Shown here piece by piece: positions 28,234 through 38,789 of a stretch of 52,624 nt of DNA. Position 1 is the stretch's first letter; every line of letters starts with the position of its first letter. This stretch comes from a virus. Taxonomy: Duplodnaviria; Caudoviricetes. The notes under the pieces were generated by a model. It was not told the origin of the DNA. It was given only the letters and a program-made list of their open reading frames with translations, and ran no database searches. A program made the translations under genes and the position numbers. The stretch is taken from IMG/VR virus record IMGVR_UViG_3300045738_000739, positions 1 through 52,624 of that record; one strand, 5' to 3'.

Positions 28234-28683
28234 CTAGGTCATGTCGGATTCGTCCTTGCAACGGATAGCGACCATCGACACGTTGGAGCCGACGACTCCG
28301 CGCGCAACGACATTCATATTCCGCTCCGAGATACGGACACCTTCGATGTTCATGATCACCAGACCACCATTCGCCACGTCTTCGATACTGGCAGTCAGAT
28401 CGCCCGACGCGAGAATGTTGGTAAGGTGATCTTCCGGTGTGGTCCCTTGTTTTGGAAACCAACCCGAACTCTTGATCGTAGAGCCGACAATTCGCACGAA
28501 GTCGGCGGTCATCGACACCTCATAATCGGTGGCAACATGCTCTTGGACTTGGATAGAATCTAAAACTTTAACGGGCTCATAGGTTATCATTTCCCGAACC
28601 GTCACGCCCGTTGCATAGCCTACCTTGACGCCGTCGATTGAAAACTTCGCTCGTGCGCCTGTTACTACATTTCCTGTTGCCAT
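28234..28683 (-). CDS. tail tube protein
   Basis: 149 aa directly after sheath; VVTGARAKFSIDGVKVGYATG..YEPVKVLDSIQVQEHV. Confidence 0.9.
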   Translation of the reverse strand: MATGNVVTGARAKFSIDGVKVGYATGVTVREMITYEPVKVLDSIQVQEHVATDYEVSMTADFVRIVGSTIKSSGWFPKQGTTPEDHLTNILASGDLTASIEDVANGGLVIMNIEGVRISERNMNVVARGVVGSNVSMVAIRCKDESDMT

Positions 28684-28703
28684 CTTTTAGACCTCCATGT
28701 CCT

Positions 28704-31478
28704 CTAAGCACCAGCGGAGAACGACGACGACACAAGGTGAACAGTCGTTTTGATGAAGTTGACTGGGATCACCGGAGCGATCTCCACGTCAATTGTCATC
28801 ACATCGTTGTTCAGCTCAACCGTCAAATTCTGCCAGTTCGTAATTGCGCCGACGTTGATCAACTGACCCAAGACACCAACTGAGATACTAACCGTCGCAG
28901 TAACGGTGCCAGCAAAGCCCTTCTTCCCAATCATCACTTCGAGTGATTGACGGAAGTTGTAGACTGCATAATTGACAGCCTCGTTCACGCTGGCTTCGAT
29001 ATACGCGAGGTTGTTATCGATGAGATGCGTAGTCACGTTGCGAAGCCACCGAAAGCCCTTGTTGGGCACCTTTTCGATCATCGCGAGACCAGCCTGAATC
29101 AGCTCGTGACCGTCGTCCTTGATCGTGTAGCTCGAATCCTCAATTGTCTCCAGAATGTTGAGGTACTTGAACGTGAGCGAAGTCCCAACGCTTGAGCCCG
29201 CCTGCATTCCCGCAGCTACGCACGCAGTGAACGGTGGTTCCATCTGCTCCACTGCGCCCAGTGTGTTGAACCGCTTCACGTCCTGAATATACAGACGAGC
29301 ATGCCGCGTGTTGAGCGCTAGCGAAGCCGACTTCGCATCGTTCAACGTCGTACCGCTCGGTGCCCCAAGCAAACAGTCTCGTTCGCTTCTTCCCGGTCCA
29401 CCCATGTAGTTGCAGTGGCTCACGGTCGCTGCGTGAATCGCTGGACTGTCGGTCAGAACCACAAGCGTGTTGATGCGGAAGTCACGAAGCAGATCGAGAG
29501 CAGCCTGCCAATGGCTGAACATCGTCGTCCCCTCGATCCCACCGCCGAGTGCGATTGGGTTGGGGGTATTCGCGGGTGCCTGCGTGCCGAGAACCTGCGC
29601 AGTGACGTAAGCAGAGCCTCCGTTCAGAGCCTCCGCAATCGCCTCCAGAATCGCTGTCAAGCCCGCCGCGAGTGCGCCTGTGCCCGCCGGTACGCTCGTC
29701 ACCTTGTCCAGATTCGAGACATCGTAACCTGCCGGATTCGGCTCGTCCGTGGACATCGACCAATCGCCAAGCGTGGCGAAGAAGTCTGACCAGTCTTTCA
29801 GCGTGGCATACGTCACCACTGGCAGGCTGTAGAGGTCGGCGGTAAGAACAAGATCGGCTCCGCGTAGGTGGCCCGTCGCCACTCGCTCTAATGAACCCCA
29901 GGTGCTCGCAGTTGTTCCGTTCGCGCCTGTACCAAGATCGACAACTTCCATCTGCGGTGCTCCGCTGGGATCTGTGCCGACGAGCAGCACATCGCTCGTC
30001 GATGCCGTCGCCCAGTCAACCGTGTTGCCTTGGATCGACAGGTCTTGCGCGAACTCTTCAAGTCCTCGCGAAAGCTGCCCCACTGTCAGTGTGAAAGCCA
30101 ACACGGAATCCTGCTGGCCGGAAACGCTGATCGTGCCGTTCGCCGAAGACGACAATAGAACTCCGTACAAGACCGACCACGTTCCAGTCGATGTCGCCGC
30201 AGCCATGCCGGTCAGGACCACATTCTCCGATTGCACTGCGCCGAGATTGTCGAGCCCGTACAGCGTTGCCGTCTGAATATCGAGCGCACTAGCCGAAACA
30301 AGCTCGATCTGGTCACCACTGTTGAGCAAGAGCCCGCTCGCCTGCACCACCTTCGCATCTGCGACCATCCCGGTGCCAATCGACGTGATGGCTGAGTAGC
30401 CCAAAAGCGCATCGACAGGTGTCGTCGCATTCAGGATTACGATCTCAGACTGATCCGCTCCACCGTTGTCCTTGCCGTAGAGCACGACCGCTTGAGTCAC
30501 ACCCGCTTCTGAAGTGAGCGTCACCGTGCTGTTGTTCTCGGCCAGCTCGATTGGACCTGCAAAGTCGTTCAGGCCGAACTGAAGCTGACCTGCCGCAATC
30601 GTGAAGACCACGGTCGCGCTCATGTCCTCGAAATGGACATTTCCGGCTGCGACTCCATCGAGCTGCGCGGCGTAGATGGCTGACCATGTGATCGCCGATG
30701 CCACGGTATTTGTCCCGTTGAGGGCGAGAACTTCACTAGCCAGAAGTCCCGTATTGTCGTCTTTGCCCCACAGTGTGATCGATTGAGTCGTGTCCCCAGC
30801 ATCGGAGCTTTCGACCGTGCCCATATCAGGCAAAGTGCTAACGTCAGACTGACCCACCGACGTGACCACCGTAGTGCCCTGGTACTCTCCGAGAGTTTCG
30901 GGGATCGTCTTCGACGCTTGTGCCGTCAACCCGGTCGCTGGATCGAATGACGCATCAGCCGTCCAGTCGCCCGCATAGTCGAGACTGACCTTATCGTCCG
31001 CACCGATGTCGTCAAAGTCTTCGACCTCGGACTCAAACTCGATGATGAGCCGTTTGCCTGCCACCGTGCCGTCGCTGACCTGCACACGGATCTTCTCGGT
31101 GAACTGCCCCCAATCGCGCGATGTCAGTAGCAACGAATTGCCCGCATTGTCGTCTAACAATGTGAGAGACGATTGGGTCGCCGGGTTGATCTTGACGAAC
31201 TTGACCTCTTGCGCACCACCCGGAATGTCGGGGTCTTTGCTGGGGTCGAATAGAATCTGTCCAGCCTCGCGTACATCGCCCGACCTGAACAGTCGCCCGA
31301 TCTTGCCGGGGTTGCTCACGCTCTGGACAATCGCCGGCTCACCGCCTTCGCACTCGCCAAGACAAGCCACGATTCCAGATGCGCCCAAATTGATTGTCGC
31401 CAGCCCGCTTGCATCGACCTCGGAATAGCTGCCAGGAATGGAGGTCACTCGACCATTGAAGTAAATTGTCGTCGCCAT
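28704..31478 (-). CDS. contractile tail sheath protein (about 924 aa) with inserted repeats
   Basis: AGGAGG RBS + ATG 31478; PGSYSEVDASGL, LTSRDWG, SLTFKYL, EIAPVIPVNFIKTT. Confidence 0.95.
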   Translation of the reverse strand: MATTIYFNGRVTSIPGSYSEVDASGLATINLGASGIVACLGECEGGEPAIVQSVSNPGKIGRLFRSGDVREAGQILFDPSKDPDIPGGAQEVKFVKINPATQSSLTLLDDNAGNSLLLTSRDWGQFTEKIRVQVSDGTVAGKRLIIEFESEVEDFDDIGADDKVSLDYAGDWTADASFDPATGLTAQASKTIPETLGEYQGTTVVTSVGQSDVSTLPDMGTVESSDAGDTTQSITLWGKDDNTGLLASEVLALNGTNTVASAITWSAIYAAQLDGVAAGNVHFEDMSATVVFTIAAGQLQFGLNDFAGPIELAENNSTVTLTSEAGVTQAVVLYGKDNGGADQSEIVILNATTPVDALLGYSAITSIGTGMVADAKVVQASGLLLNSGDQIELVSASALDIQTATLYGLDNLGAVQSENVVLTGMAAATSTGTWSVLYGVLLSSSANGTISVSGQQDSVLAFTLTVGQLSRGLEEFAQDLSIQGNTVDWATASTSDVLLVGTDPSGAPQMEVVDLGTGANGTTASTWGSLERVATGHLRGADLVLTADLYSLPVVTYATLKDWSDFFATLGDWSMSTDEPNPAGYDVSNLDKVTSVPAGTGALAAGLTAILEAIAEALNGGSAYVTAQVLGTQAPANTPNPIALGGGIEGTTMFSHWQAALDLLRDFRINTLVVLTDSPAIHAATVSHCNYMGGPGRSERDCLLGAPSGTTLNDAKSASLALNTRHARLYIQDVKRFNTLGAVEQMEPPFTACVAAGMQAGSSVGTSLTFKYLNILETIEDSSYTIKDDGHELIQAGLAMIEKVPNKGFRWLRNVTTHLIDNNLAYIEASVNEAVNYAVYNFRQSLEVMIGKKGFAGTVTATVSISVGVLGQLINVGAITNWQNLTVELNNDVMTIDVEIAPVIPVNFIKTTVHLVSSSFSAGA

Positions 31479-31488
31479 CGTCTTCCTC

Positions 31489-31869
31489 CTAGCCCAATCG
31501 CTCTGGGCTCGCCTGGTGACTGCCGCCTTCTGGGCCACGACGACAGCCGTAAATCGGTTGTGCCGCGAACTCTGCAAGCAGGGTCGTCCACTCTTCGGCT
31601 GGCCTGTACTGGTTAGTGTTCACACCCTTCGACTTGCAAAAGGCCGCGAACGCATCGCCGCCTTTTGGGAACAGGTCCGACTTGTTGCCAGCATGGGATG
31701 CCGTGATCTTTGGCCCGCCTGTCGAGGCTGCCTTTTTGGTCCCCGTGACGCCGACTCCAGTCGAAGAATCACGTCCTCGCAGGATCGGGGCTGCTACAGC
31801 CGAACTCGACCCAGAATCAGAGGCGACAATTGCCGATTTGGTGGCGGGGGCTCGTCTTTTCCTTGCCAT
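31489..31869 (-). CDS. small protein preceding sheath
   Basis: GAGGAG RBS; 126 aa. Confidence 0.65.
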   Translation of the reverse strand: MARKRRAPATKSAIVASDSGSSSAVAAPILRGRDSSTGVGVTGTKKAASTGGPKITASHAGNKSDLFPKGGDAFAAFCKSKGVNTNQYRPAEEWTTLLAEFAAQPIYGCRRGPEGGSHQASPERLG

Positions 31870-31998
31870 TATTCACTCCTCACTTGTTGCGCGAGTCAAC
31901 AAGAGATCCGATTGTCGTCCTCGCAGAAAACATTACCATGCTCAGCTTTGCTTGCCTACCGGCGAATTGTCGCCGAACAATCTCTAGCCGCTGAAAAT

Positions 31999-32682
31999 TC
32001 ATGAACCTGTCCCGATAATGTGCATACCCGGATGTGAGTTGGGATCGTCCACATCTTCATGCACCATCGGCAGCACGGTGCCTTTCGATTCGGCCAGCCC
32101 GAAAGCCGCAGCCAGCGCATCGTTGTCCACCCACTGCTCCTCGTATTCGACGGCGACAATTAGCCGACGAATGAACAGATGATCGGGTGCGAATTTGGGA
32201 TCGGGTGCAAGCTCTGCCCCCGTAAGCAACGGATCGTAAAGATGATTCTTGATCAGCCACTTGCACCCCACGTTCACGATCCGCCTGACAACCCGGTAGA
32301 ACGCCAGACAGATGTCGGGATGTTCAGCGTAAATATGGATCCCGTACTGCCCGTTGAGCCGTCGCTTATACAGATCGAAGTCGTCAGAGTCGTCGCCGAT
32401 CAGCGGACCCTCGTCAAATTCCTGCCCCAGCCCCACATAGTCCTGTTGAACCGTTTCCGTCATCAGCACGATGGCGATGCAGGGAAACGGGCCAGACATC
32501 CGTGCGTAGCCGCTGACGACGCTGGGGGGGTTAGATGCCCAGTAGTCTTTCACTACTTGGCGATCTTTGACGCTCATGCCGATCAAGATTGGATCGAGCA
32601 AATCAACATCGCCTGAAATCGCACTGACACCCGTCTTCAACAGGGTCGCGATCAATTGCTCTGGGACAGTAACAGCTGGCAT
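31999..32682 (-). CDS. tail terminator / neck protein
   Basis: TAATG overlap at 32682 (MPAVTVPEQ...); position before the sheath as in SPO1/Twort-like phages. Confidence 0.7.
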   Translation of the reverse strand: MPAVTVPEQLIATLLKTGVSAISGDVDLLDPILIGMSVKDRQVVKDYWASNPPSVVSGYARMSGPFPCIAIVLMTETVQQDYVGLGQEFDEGPLIGDDSDDFDLYKRRLNGQYGIHIYAEHPDICLAFYRVVRRIVNVGCKWLIKNHLYDPLLTGAELAPDPKFAPDHLFIRRLIVAVEYEEQWVDNDALAAAFGLAESKGTVLPMVHEDVDDPNSHPGMHIIGTGS

Positions 32683-33545
32683 TAGTCGTGTGCCCCCGTG
32701 TGTACGGCAGTGGCGAACCCTCGGTTTCCACCCTTCATCATGCCCTGGAACATCAGGTTGGTGATAGCCGGGATCTTCCGGGCTGCTTTGTCGAAAAAGT
32801 GATGCGCGGTGATCCCACCGTGAAACCACGAGCCTGGATCTGAATTGTCGCTTACCCGCCGGAAGGTCGAATACTTGTTTTGCGCAGCCGCCCGGTAGGT
32901 TTTCTCCTGACGGACCATCCCGCCATAAATGCTCGACTTGTGCTTGTAGCCGGTATGGCGGTTCTGATGAGTCGGAGCACCCAGGTGAGCTGCTGCGTGG
33001 TGGCTCAGCCGCTCGCCCCACTTAGTCCCGTGATCAGCATGGGATTTCGTTGCCGTCAGCTTCTCAGCCGCCCGGTGAACCTTCTTTCCCAGCATTTCAG
33101 CCTGCGTGCGCGACATCCCCCGTTTGCGCTCTAACCCGCCCATCGGAGTGCCCACGCGCCCGCCCGTCGTTCCGGGTGTACCGTGGCGGAAATGGACGGT
33201 GTTGTACCGGATCCCGGTCTTGCCTACTTTCGCATTCGGACCAGACAAAAGAGCCGGCTTCATGTCGCCGCCTGCCCAGCCATGCTCGATCATGTTTGGC
33301 ATCTGACCCGTAAGGATAATCGACGCAAACGTCTTGGGTGCTCGCTTGAGGTCGGTAGGCGAGACCGCGAATTGCATCAATTGGAGAGACGAAACGTAGT
33401 CCTGCTGCGAACTGTTCAGAGTCCGCGTTGCCTCGGCAACGATCTCAGTCTTCACCGCCTCGGCTATTTCCGGCAGCATCCGCAAGACCAACTCAGGAAT
33501 GATCGACAATCCGGTCGGGATGTGAATCTCTTCGACGTGGATCAT
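32682..33545 (-). CDS. neck / tail-completion protein
   Basis: ATGA overlap at 33545; KYSTFRRVSDNSDPGSW motif as in Herelleviridae-type neck proteins. Confidence 0.7.
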   Translation of the reverse strand: MIHVEEIHIPTGLSIIPELVLRMLPEIAEAVKTEIVAEATRTLNSSQQDYVSSLQLMQFAVSPTDLKRAPKTFASIILTGQMPNMIEHGWAGGDMKPALLSGPNAKVGKTGIRYNTVHFRHGTPGTTGGRVGTPMGGLERKRGMSRTQAEMLGKKVHRAAEKLTATKSHADHGTKWGERLSHHAAAHLGAPTHQNRHTGYKHKSSIYGGMVRQEKTYRAAAQNKYSTFRRVSDNSDPGSWFHGGITAHHFFDKAARKIPAITNLMFQGMMKGGNRGFATAVHTGAHD

Positions 33546-34357
33546 GAGCCCGCCGCCTGTGTCATGTAGTCCAGCCGAACCTTGAACGTCGTCGGCAAAT
33601 TCTGTGGCTCTTTGAGACCCTTCAGCCCTTCCTCCGGTCCTCGTAAACTCTGGATGCCGTAGGTGGCGTCGTCCACAATCCAAGTTGGGCGACAATTGTA
33701 GTGAACCGTGAACAGCTTCCCGACTGTCGGACCTTTGCCGGCAAGAAACTTCATTCGTCGCGGCTCTGCTTTCGTTTCTTCCAGCATCTTGTAATCGGCT
33801 TGAGGAAAGTAGCGGACCTTATCCTCATCTGCGATGAAGTTAACCGACAATGGATGATAACGCATAGCCTCTTTTTGACCCTGCGTGGAGCGGCCCGACT
33901 TGCCAACCGCAATTGTCGTCCCTTGACCGCCAGACTCCAGCAATTCGGTCCACGCCATCTCCTGCTCGATCCCGATGAATCGATCCCGGTAGCTCACGCG
34001 CGCCTCATCCTGAAATGTCATGATCGCATCCGCGAACGTGAATTGCCCGAAGTTCTCGAAGAGACTCGGTTTCAGATTCGCCTGACCAAAGACGCACTTG
34101 ACCTCGATGTAATCGACTGTCGTCGGGAGATGCCGCGTCTCCAGCGAACTGGGGGAGACGTACCACCAGCCGTCACCTCCGCATTCCGGGCAGGTCGGAT
34201 CGAATGTGTCGGTCCCTTCCATGCGGCAAGGACACTCGACAGCTCTCGACCACCGAAACACCAACCCCAGACCTTGAATCGCTTTCGCGAAAAGCCTCGG
34301 GTCAAACGTACCTAGTGGCCCAAACTTGAGTTCTTTATCCGGTGGAGAACCTGCCAT
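33542..34357 (-). CDS. head closure (stopper) protein
   Basis: WSRAVECPC...CPECGGDGWWY motif; follows the adaptor. Confidence 0.75.
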   Translation of the reverse strand: MAGSPPDKELKFGPLGTFDPRLFAKAIQGLGLVFRWSRAVECPCRMEGTDTFDPTCPECGGDGWWYVSPSSLETRHLPTTVDYIEVKCVFGQANLKPSLFENFGQFTFADAIMTFQDEARVSYRDRFIGIEQEMAWTELLESGGQGTTIAVGKSGRSTQGQKEAMRYHPLSVNFIADEDKVRYFPQADYKMLEETKAEPRRMKFLAGKGPTVGKLFTVHYNCRPTWIVDDATYGIQSLRGPEEGLKGLKEPQNLPTTFKVRLDYMTQAAGS

Positions 34358-34369
34358 CAGCCCTCCTTC

Positions 34370-35719
34370 CTACACCACAACCATACGTGTGTTCTTGCCG
34401 TAGTAACGCCGCAAGTTAGGCAGCATTTCCTTGATCTCTTTTTGGTACTCGATTACGCGGGCACCGTAGCCAGAATTGGTCGCGCTCGAAGTCGTACCGA
34501 TGTTCTGGGACAGCCCCGGAATCGAAATGCTCTTCGTGGCGATGCCAGCACCAGCGATCAAGTCGCCAGCGATGTTGAGCACGCCGATGCTCGCCCACAT
34601 CGCGATGATGTGCTTGACATCAGGCGGGACTTTGCTGGGCTCGAATCCGGCACGATAGTCGAAATGCCAGATGCCGGGAATCCTGCCTGTGCGTCCCGAC
34701 CACAGCGGCATGAGCGCACCCGGAATGATCAGCACGTCAGCGATGCTGCCGCGACCGGGAACGATCTGGATAACGCCAGAAGAGCCGCCATCCGTGAGTG
34801 TGACCCATTCGTTGCTGATGATGACCTCTTCTTGCATCGACGGATACTGGAAGGCCACCTTGTCCACGCGAGTGACCGGATAATTCCAGAGCTGGAAATA
34901 CCCCCAGCGTCCCCAGTCTGTCGCGTAGTGGTCTTGAGTCTCCCTCACAAAGTCATGAGCGATCAGATGGATGTCCAGCTCTTTGCTCAGCCAGTCCGCA
35001 CCCGCTTGAATGTAATGCTCGAACATGCGGCGAGGGAAAGGCTCGCCATCATCTTTTGTCAGGTCCGCTCCGAACAGGTAGATCGCCTTCAGCTCATCGA
35101 CCGAGATGAGCAGCGCCTCTTCGTCGTGATCTTCCGTCGCGATGGGCTCGGAATACAGCGACTCGTCAAGCGTGCTGCTATGCAGGTACTTTGCGCGATA
35201 ATAGGATCCGGCTAGCGCACCTTCGTGCGTGTGCTTGTAGAAAATCTTGTCGCTGTGCAGCTCAATTGTCGTCAGTGCGACGTAAGGACCGGCCAGCGCA
35301 AGCGATGACTCCACGACAATTGAATCGTACCGCTGCCGCACAGTCTGAATCGACTGGGACTGGACGACAAGATACGTTCTCCTGATGCCGTCTTCTTCGG
35401 TTCCTTGCGGCGCAGCTTCGACAGCCGGAATCAGCCCAAGCAGGTCAAATCGAATTGTCGCCTGCAAAGGGGCGATGAAGCGTCGCTGATAACCAATCGC
35501 CGGAATGGCCAACTGGTATCGGAAGCCCTGAATCGAATCCAGGCTGAACGCTCCTGCGTTGTCCGTAACAATCTCGACGGGATCCGCAACGACGCCGATC
35601 CCGCCAATCGACTCAGAGGCTCCAACTGACTCTGGCGATGGGGCAAGGCGAACAACGACGTTCTCGACACCGACGCCAGAGGCATCTTGGATGGTGCCGG
35701 TAATCTCCAACGTAGCCAT
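34370..35719 (-). CDS. head-tail adaptor with N-terminal beta-sandwich extensions
   Basis: SVDELKAIYLFG...LSKELDI and IAGAGIATKSISIPGLSQNIGTTSSATNSGYGAR...LRRYYG. Confidence 0.8.
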   Translation of the reverse strand: MATLEITGTIQDASGVGVENVVVRLAPSPESVGASESIGGIGVVADPVEIVTDNAGAFSLDSIQGFRYQLAIPAIGYQRRFIAPLQATIRFDLLGLIPAVEAAPQGTEEDGIRRTYLVVQSQSIQTVRQRYDSIVVESSLALAGPYVALTTIELHSDKIFYKHTHEGALAGSYYRAKYLHSSTLDESLYSEPIATEDHDEEALLISVDELKAIYLFGADLTKDDGEPFPRRMFEHYIQAGADWLSKELDIHLIAHDFVRETQDHYATDWGRWGYFQLWNYPVTRVDKVAFQYPSMQEEVIISNEWVTLTDGGSSGVIQIVPGRGSIADVLIIPGALMPLWSGRTGRIPGIWHFDYRAGFEPSKVPPDVKHIIAMWASIGVLNIAGDLIAGAGIATKSISIPGLSQNIGTTSSATNSGYGARVIEYQKEIKEMLPNLRRYYGKNTRMVVV

Positions 35720-35741
35720 TCACGCCTCCCATCCTTCTGTC

Positions 35742-36308
35742 CTAAGACCCTTCCATTCGCCGAATCCCGAACAAGGTGAATCGCGAGTCGTCAAAGTCCG
35801 CGCCCCCGTCGTCGCCGCCCGGTCGGAATCGCATGTAGTTGCCAGCACAGCGTGTCGTGACTGCGAAGTTGCGATCACCGTTCGCTGCGCCATCCAACGC
35901 TGTCCAAGGTCCGAGAAACGACAGCGAGGGATCCGCACCGACAAGCGGCACGGTGCCAGCACCACCCGTCTGCGTGTGCCAGTGCGTATCGAAAGAAAAC
36001 ACCTGATCGAACCATGGTCCCGCCGGATCCATCGCACTCTGGATCGACAACTCGAAGCCGCCGCCATTGGCCACATCGATATTGCCAGCGATGAAGATCG
36101 CGAACAGATCCATCGAGTCGAAGCCCTGCACGTTGATCGAAGCTGACCACGTACTGTTCGCCGACACATCCATATCGACAGCACTGTATTGGCTATCAAT
36201 ATCGATGCGTCGATCAAGCGGATTCAGGCCGCGAACCTGCGCGACACGGAGCCGTCTGGCCGACTGGCTGCCCGGATCGATCTCTGTAGGGATCGGAGAA
36301 CCCGACAT
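35742..36308 (-). CDS. hypothetical virion protein
   Basis: AGGAGG RBS; 188 aa, in the operon. Confidence 0.7.
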   Translation of the reverse strand: MSGSPIPTEIDPGSQSARRLRVAQVRGLNPLDRRIDIDSQYSAVDMDVSANSTWSASINVQGFDSMDLFAIFIAGNIDVANGGGFELSIQSAMDPAGPWFDQVFSFDTHWHTQTGGAGTVPLVGADPSLSFLGPWTALDGAANGDRNFAVTTRCAGNYMRFRPGGDDGGADFDDSRFTLFGIRRMEGS

Positions 36309-36320
36309 CAGTCAATCCTC

Positions 36321-36679
36321 CTATCGATGATCCACGAGTAAAGTTACGAGACAGGTATCCGCACCGGGATCCTGATCGATGGTGACAGTCACCTCGGTCG
36401 CCGACGTTGCCTCGACGGAAGCGATCCGCTCAGCATCTCCGACAGGGAAGGCCAGATTGCAAAGCAGCTTCGCTGTCTGGGCATCTCCACCCGCGACCGT
36501 GACGACGACAGTTGTGTCACCGTCAGCCACCGTGCCTTGCAGAATCTCGACGGCGTTCTGCTCATCGATCATCGATTGCAACTTAGTCGCCAAATCGACG
36601 TTGCCGTCTGGGCGATTCGACAACGACGGAAGGTAATCCCGCAGTCGCCTGGTCTCTTCGGTTGTGAGTGATGTCAGGC

Positions 36680-36683
<4 letters not shown>
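36321..36683 (-). CDS. hypothetical virion protein (possible decoration protein)
   Basis: ATGA overlap; 120 aa, beta-rich C-terminus. Confidence 0.65.
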
Positions 36684-37183
<500 letters not shown>

Positions 37184-37216
37184 TTGCATCCCTTCAGTCA
37201 GACGACAATTGCACCT

Positions 37217-38740
37217 TTACGCGAACGCACCCGTTTCGAGGTTGCCGATGTTGGTGTAGATGCCGTTCTTGTTTGGAGCCATGATCTGCAACGCTAAATA
37301 CAAGACCTGCATCCAACGTATGCTCGTGTCGATGGTTGCCAGTGGGATCTTGGTAAACGGCGCGAGTTGTTTTATCTTGATGACATCGCTGGTTTGCGTG
37401 AGCATGTACGCCTTGTTCGTTCCCGGTAGGAAACGATTCATGTCAGTTCGCGCCGTGTCTTCGCTTCCCGGCTGTACCGGAATCTTGAAGATCAAGCGTG
37501 CCGTCGAGATGTCCGCGCCAGCGACGGTGCGATAAACCTCGTAGTACGTTGCTGCGTTAGCACCGCCGAACGACGAATCGCGAATCGTGAAATCGACCAC
37601 GTTGTCCGTAGCCGTAACGGTCGCGGCTGCGGCTGCATCGACGGGTGCCGTCTTACCGTGACGGTTGCACGCAACCACACGGTACTCGTACACACCGACT
37701 TCGCTAGTCGTGAAGAACGCGACCTCGCCGGGATTCGCATTGTTGAACGCGCGAGCAGCCGGATCGGACTGCCATGACGGCACACCCGGAATTGCTCCAC
37801 CACCGATGGCTCCGACAGCCGGAAGACCGGAAGTCGGAATGAAGATGTCGCTGTTCAGTGAGATGTCGCCGAACGGAGTAGCGATCCCCTTGATCGCGAT
37901 GCCAGCCAGCCCATTCTTGGGAGCGGGCAGGTCGTAACGCTCTTTCGGGTACAGGATCTTGCTCAGATCCTTCATGGGTGCCGGCGGCAACCACAAGTCG
38001 GAAGGAGCACCGTAGTTTGGCTCGGAGATCAAACGCTCGGTCATGTCAGCAATGTGATCCTCTGAGAGAGGAGCACCACGCATGTCGATCACGTTGTCCG
38101 TCGCATAGCCGCTGTACTGACCGTCTGCCTGACGGACGTTACCGAAGCTGTGTACGAGGGTCTTTTCCAAGCCGTCGAACTGGATACCTACGAGGTCTTC
38201 GTCGCCATCGAAAAGCGAACGCTCCAATTGTCGTAGCAGGAACAGCGTTCCGTTCACGGTCTCGCGAGCGACGACATCGCCGTGTGCGGCTTTGAGCAAG
38301 CTCATGACATGGGTCACGCGCCGCGTAACGCCCATGAACTTGATCCGCGTGTAGTTACGACGGTAAGTGCTGTCGTCCTCGGTCGGCAGTTCGCCTTCCG
38401 CCATGAACGACGCAACACCGGAGCCGTAACCGAGAAGTTGGTTGAACTCCTCGACGGTATTGTATGCGCTATCCTTGTACAGCGCCTTCCAGAATTTGAC
38501 GTCGCTCGCGCGATACGTGACGTTGAACAGCGTCGCGTCGAGACTCTCGACACGGAGCGGGAAACCTTCACCAGCGGCAACAGCCGGGGCGTTGATGTCC
38601 GCGCCAGCCGTCAGTGCCTTATTCAGCTCACTGACATCAGTTGCAGATGCGGTGCCGCCGATGAGTCCACTTTCTGGCGTTCCCATCGAGGCATTCGCAA
38701 GACCTTCGTAATCTCGCCATGAAACAAATTCACCAGCCAT
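37217..38740 (-). CDS. major capsid protein (SPO1/Twort-like type)
   Basis: LNKALTAG...LRVESLD, AYNTVEEFNQ, LLRQLERSLFDGD, QFDGLEK, VIDMRGAPLSE. Confidence 0.93.
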   Translation of the reverse strand: MAGEFVSWRDYEGLANASMGTPESGLIGGTASATDVSELNKALTAGADINAPAVAAGEGFPLRVESLDATLFNVTYRASDVKFWKALYKDSAYNTVEEFNQLLGYGSGVASFMAEGELPTEDDSTYRRNYTRIKFMGVTRRVTHVMSLLKAAHGDVVARETVNGTLFLLRQLERSLFDGDEDLVGIQFDGLEKTLVHSFGNVRQADGQYSGYATDNVIDMRGAPLSEDHIADMTERLISEPNYGAPSDLWLPPAPMKDLSKILYPKERYDLPAPKNGLAGIAIKGIATPFGDISLNSDIFIPTSGLPAVGAIGGGAIPGVPSWQSDPAARAFNNANPGEVAFFTTSEVGVYEYRVVACNRHGKTAPVDAAAAATVTATDNVVDFTIRDSSFGGANAATYYEVYRTVAGADISTARLIFKIPVQPGSEDTARTDMNRFLPGTNKAYMLTQTSDVIKIKQLAPFTKIPLATIDTSIRWMQVLYLALQIMAPNKNGIYTNIGNLETGAFA

Positions 38741-38761
38741 CGTCTTCTCTCCTTAGATAAT

Positions 38762-38779
38762 CAAAGGGCGAGAACGCCC
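38762..38779 (-). promoter_or_regulatory. short GC hairpin upstream of the capsid RBS
   Basis: minus strand GGGCG-TTCT-CGCCC-TTTG in the scaffold-capsid spacer; weak terminator or mRNA-stabilising hairpin. Confidence 0.4.
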
Positions 38780-38789
38780 CTTCTTGGGG

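Noticed and set aside
31870-31998. tRNA or ncRNA in the longer spacers
   Set aside because: No cloverleaf, T-loop or CCA pattern is recognisable; only short hairpins built on the motif.
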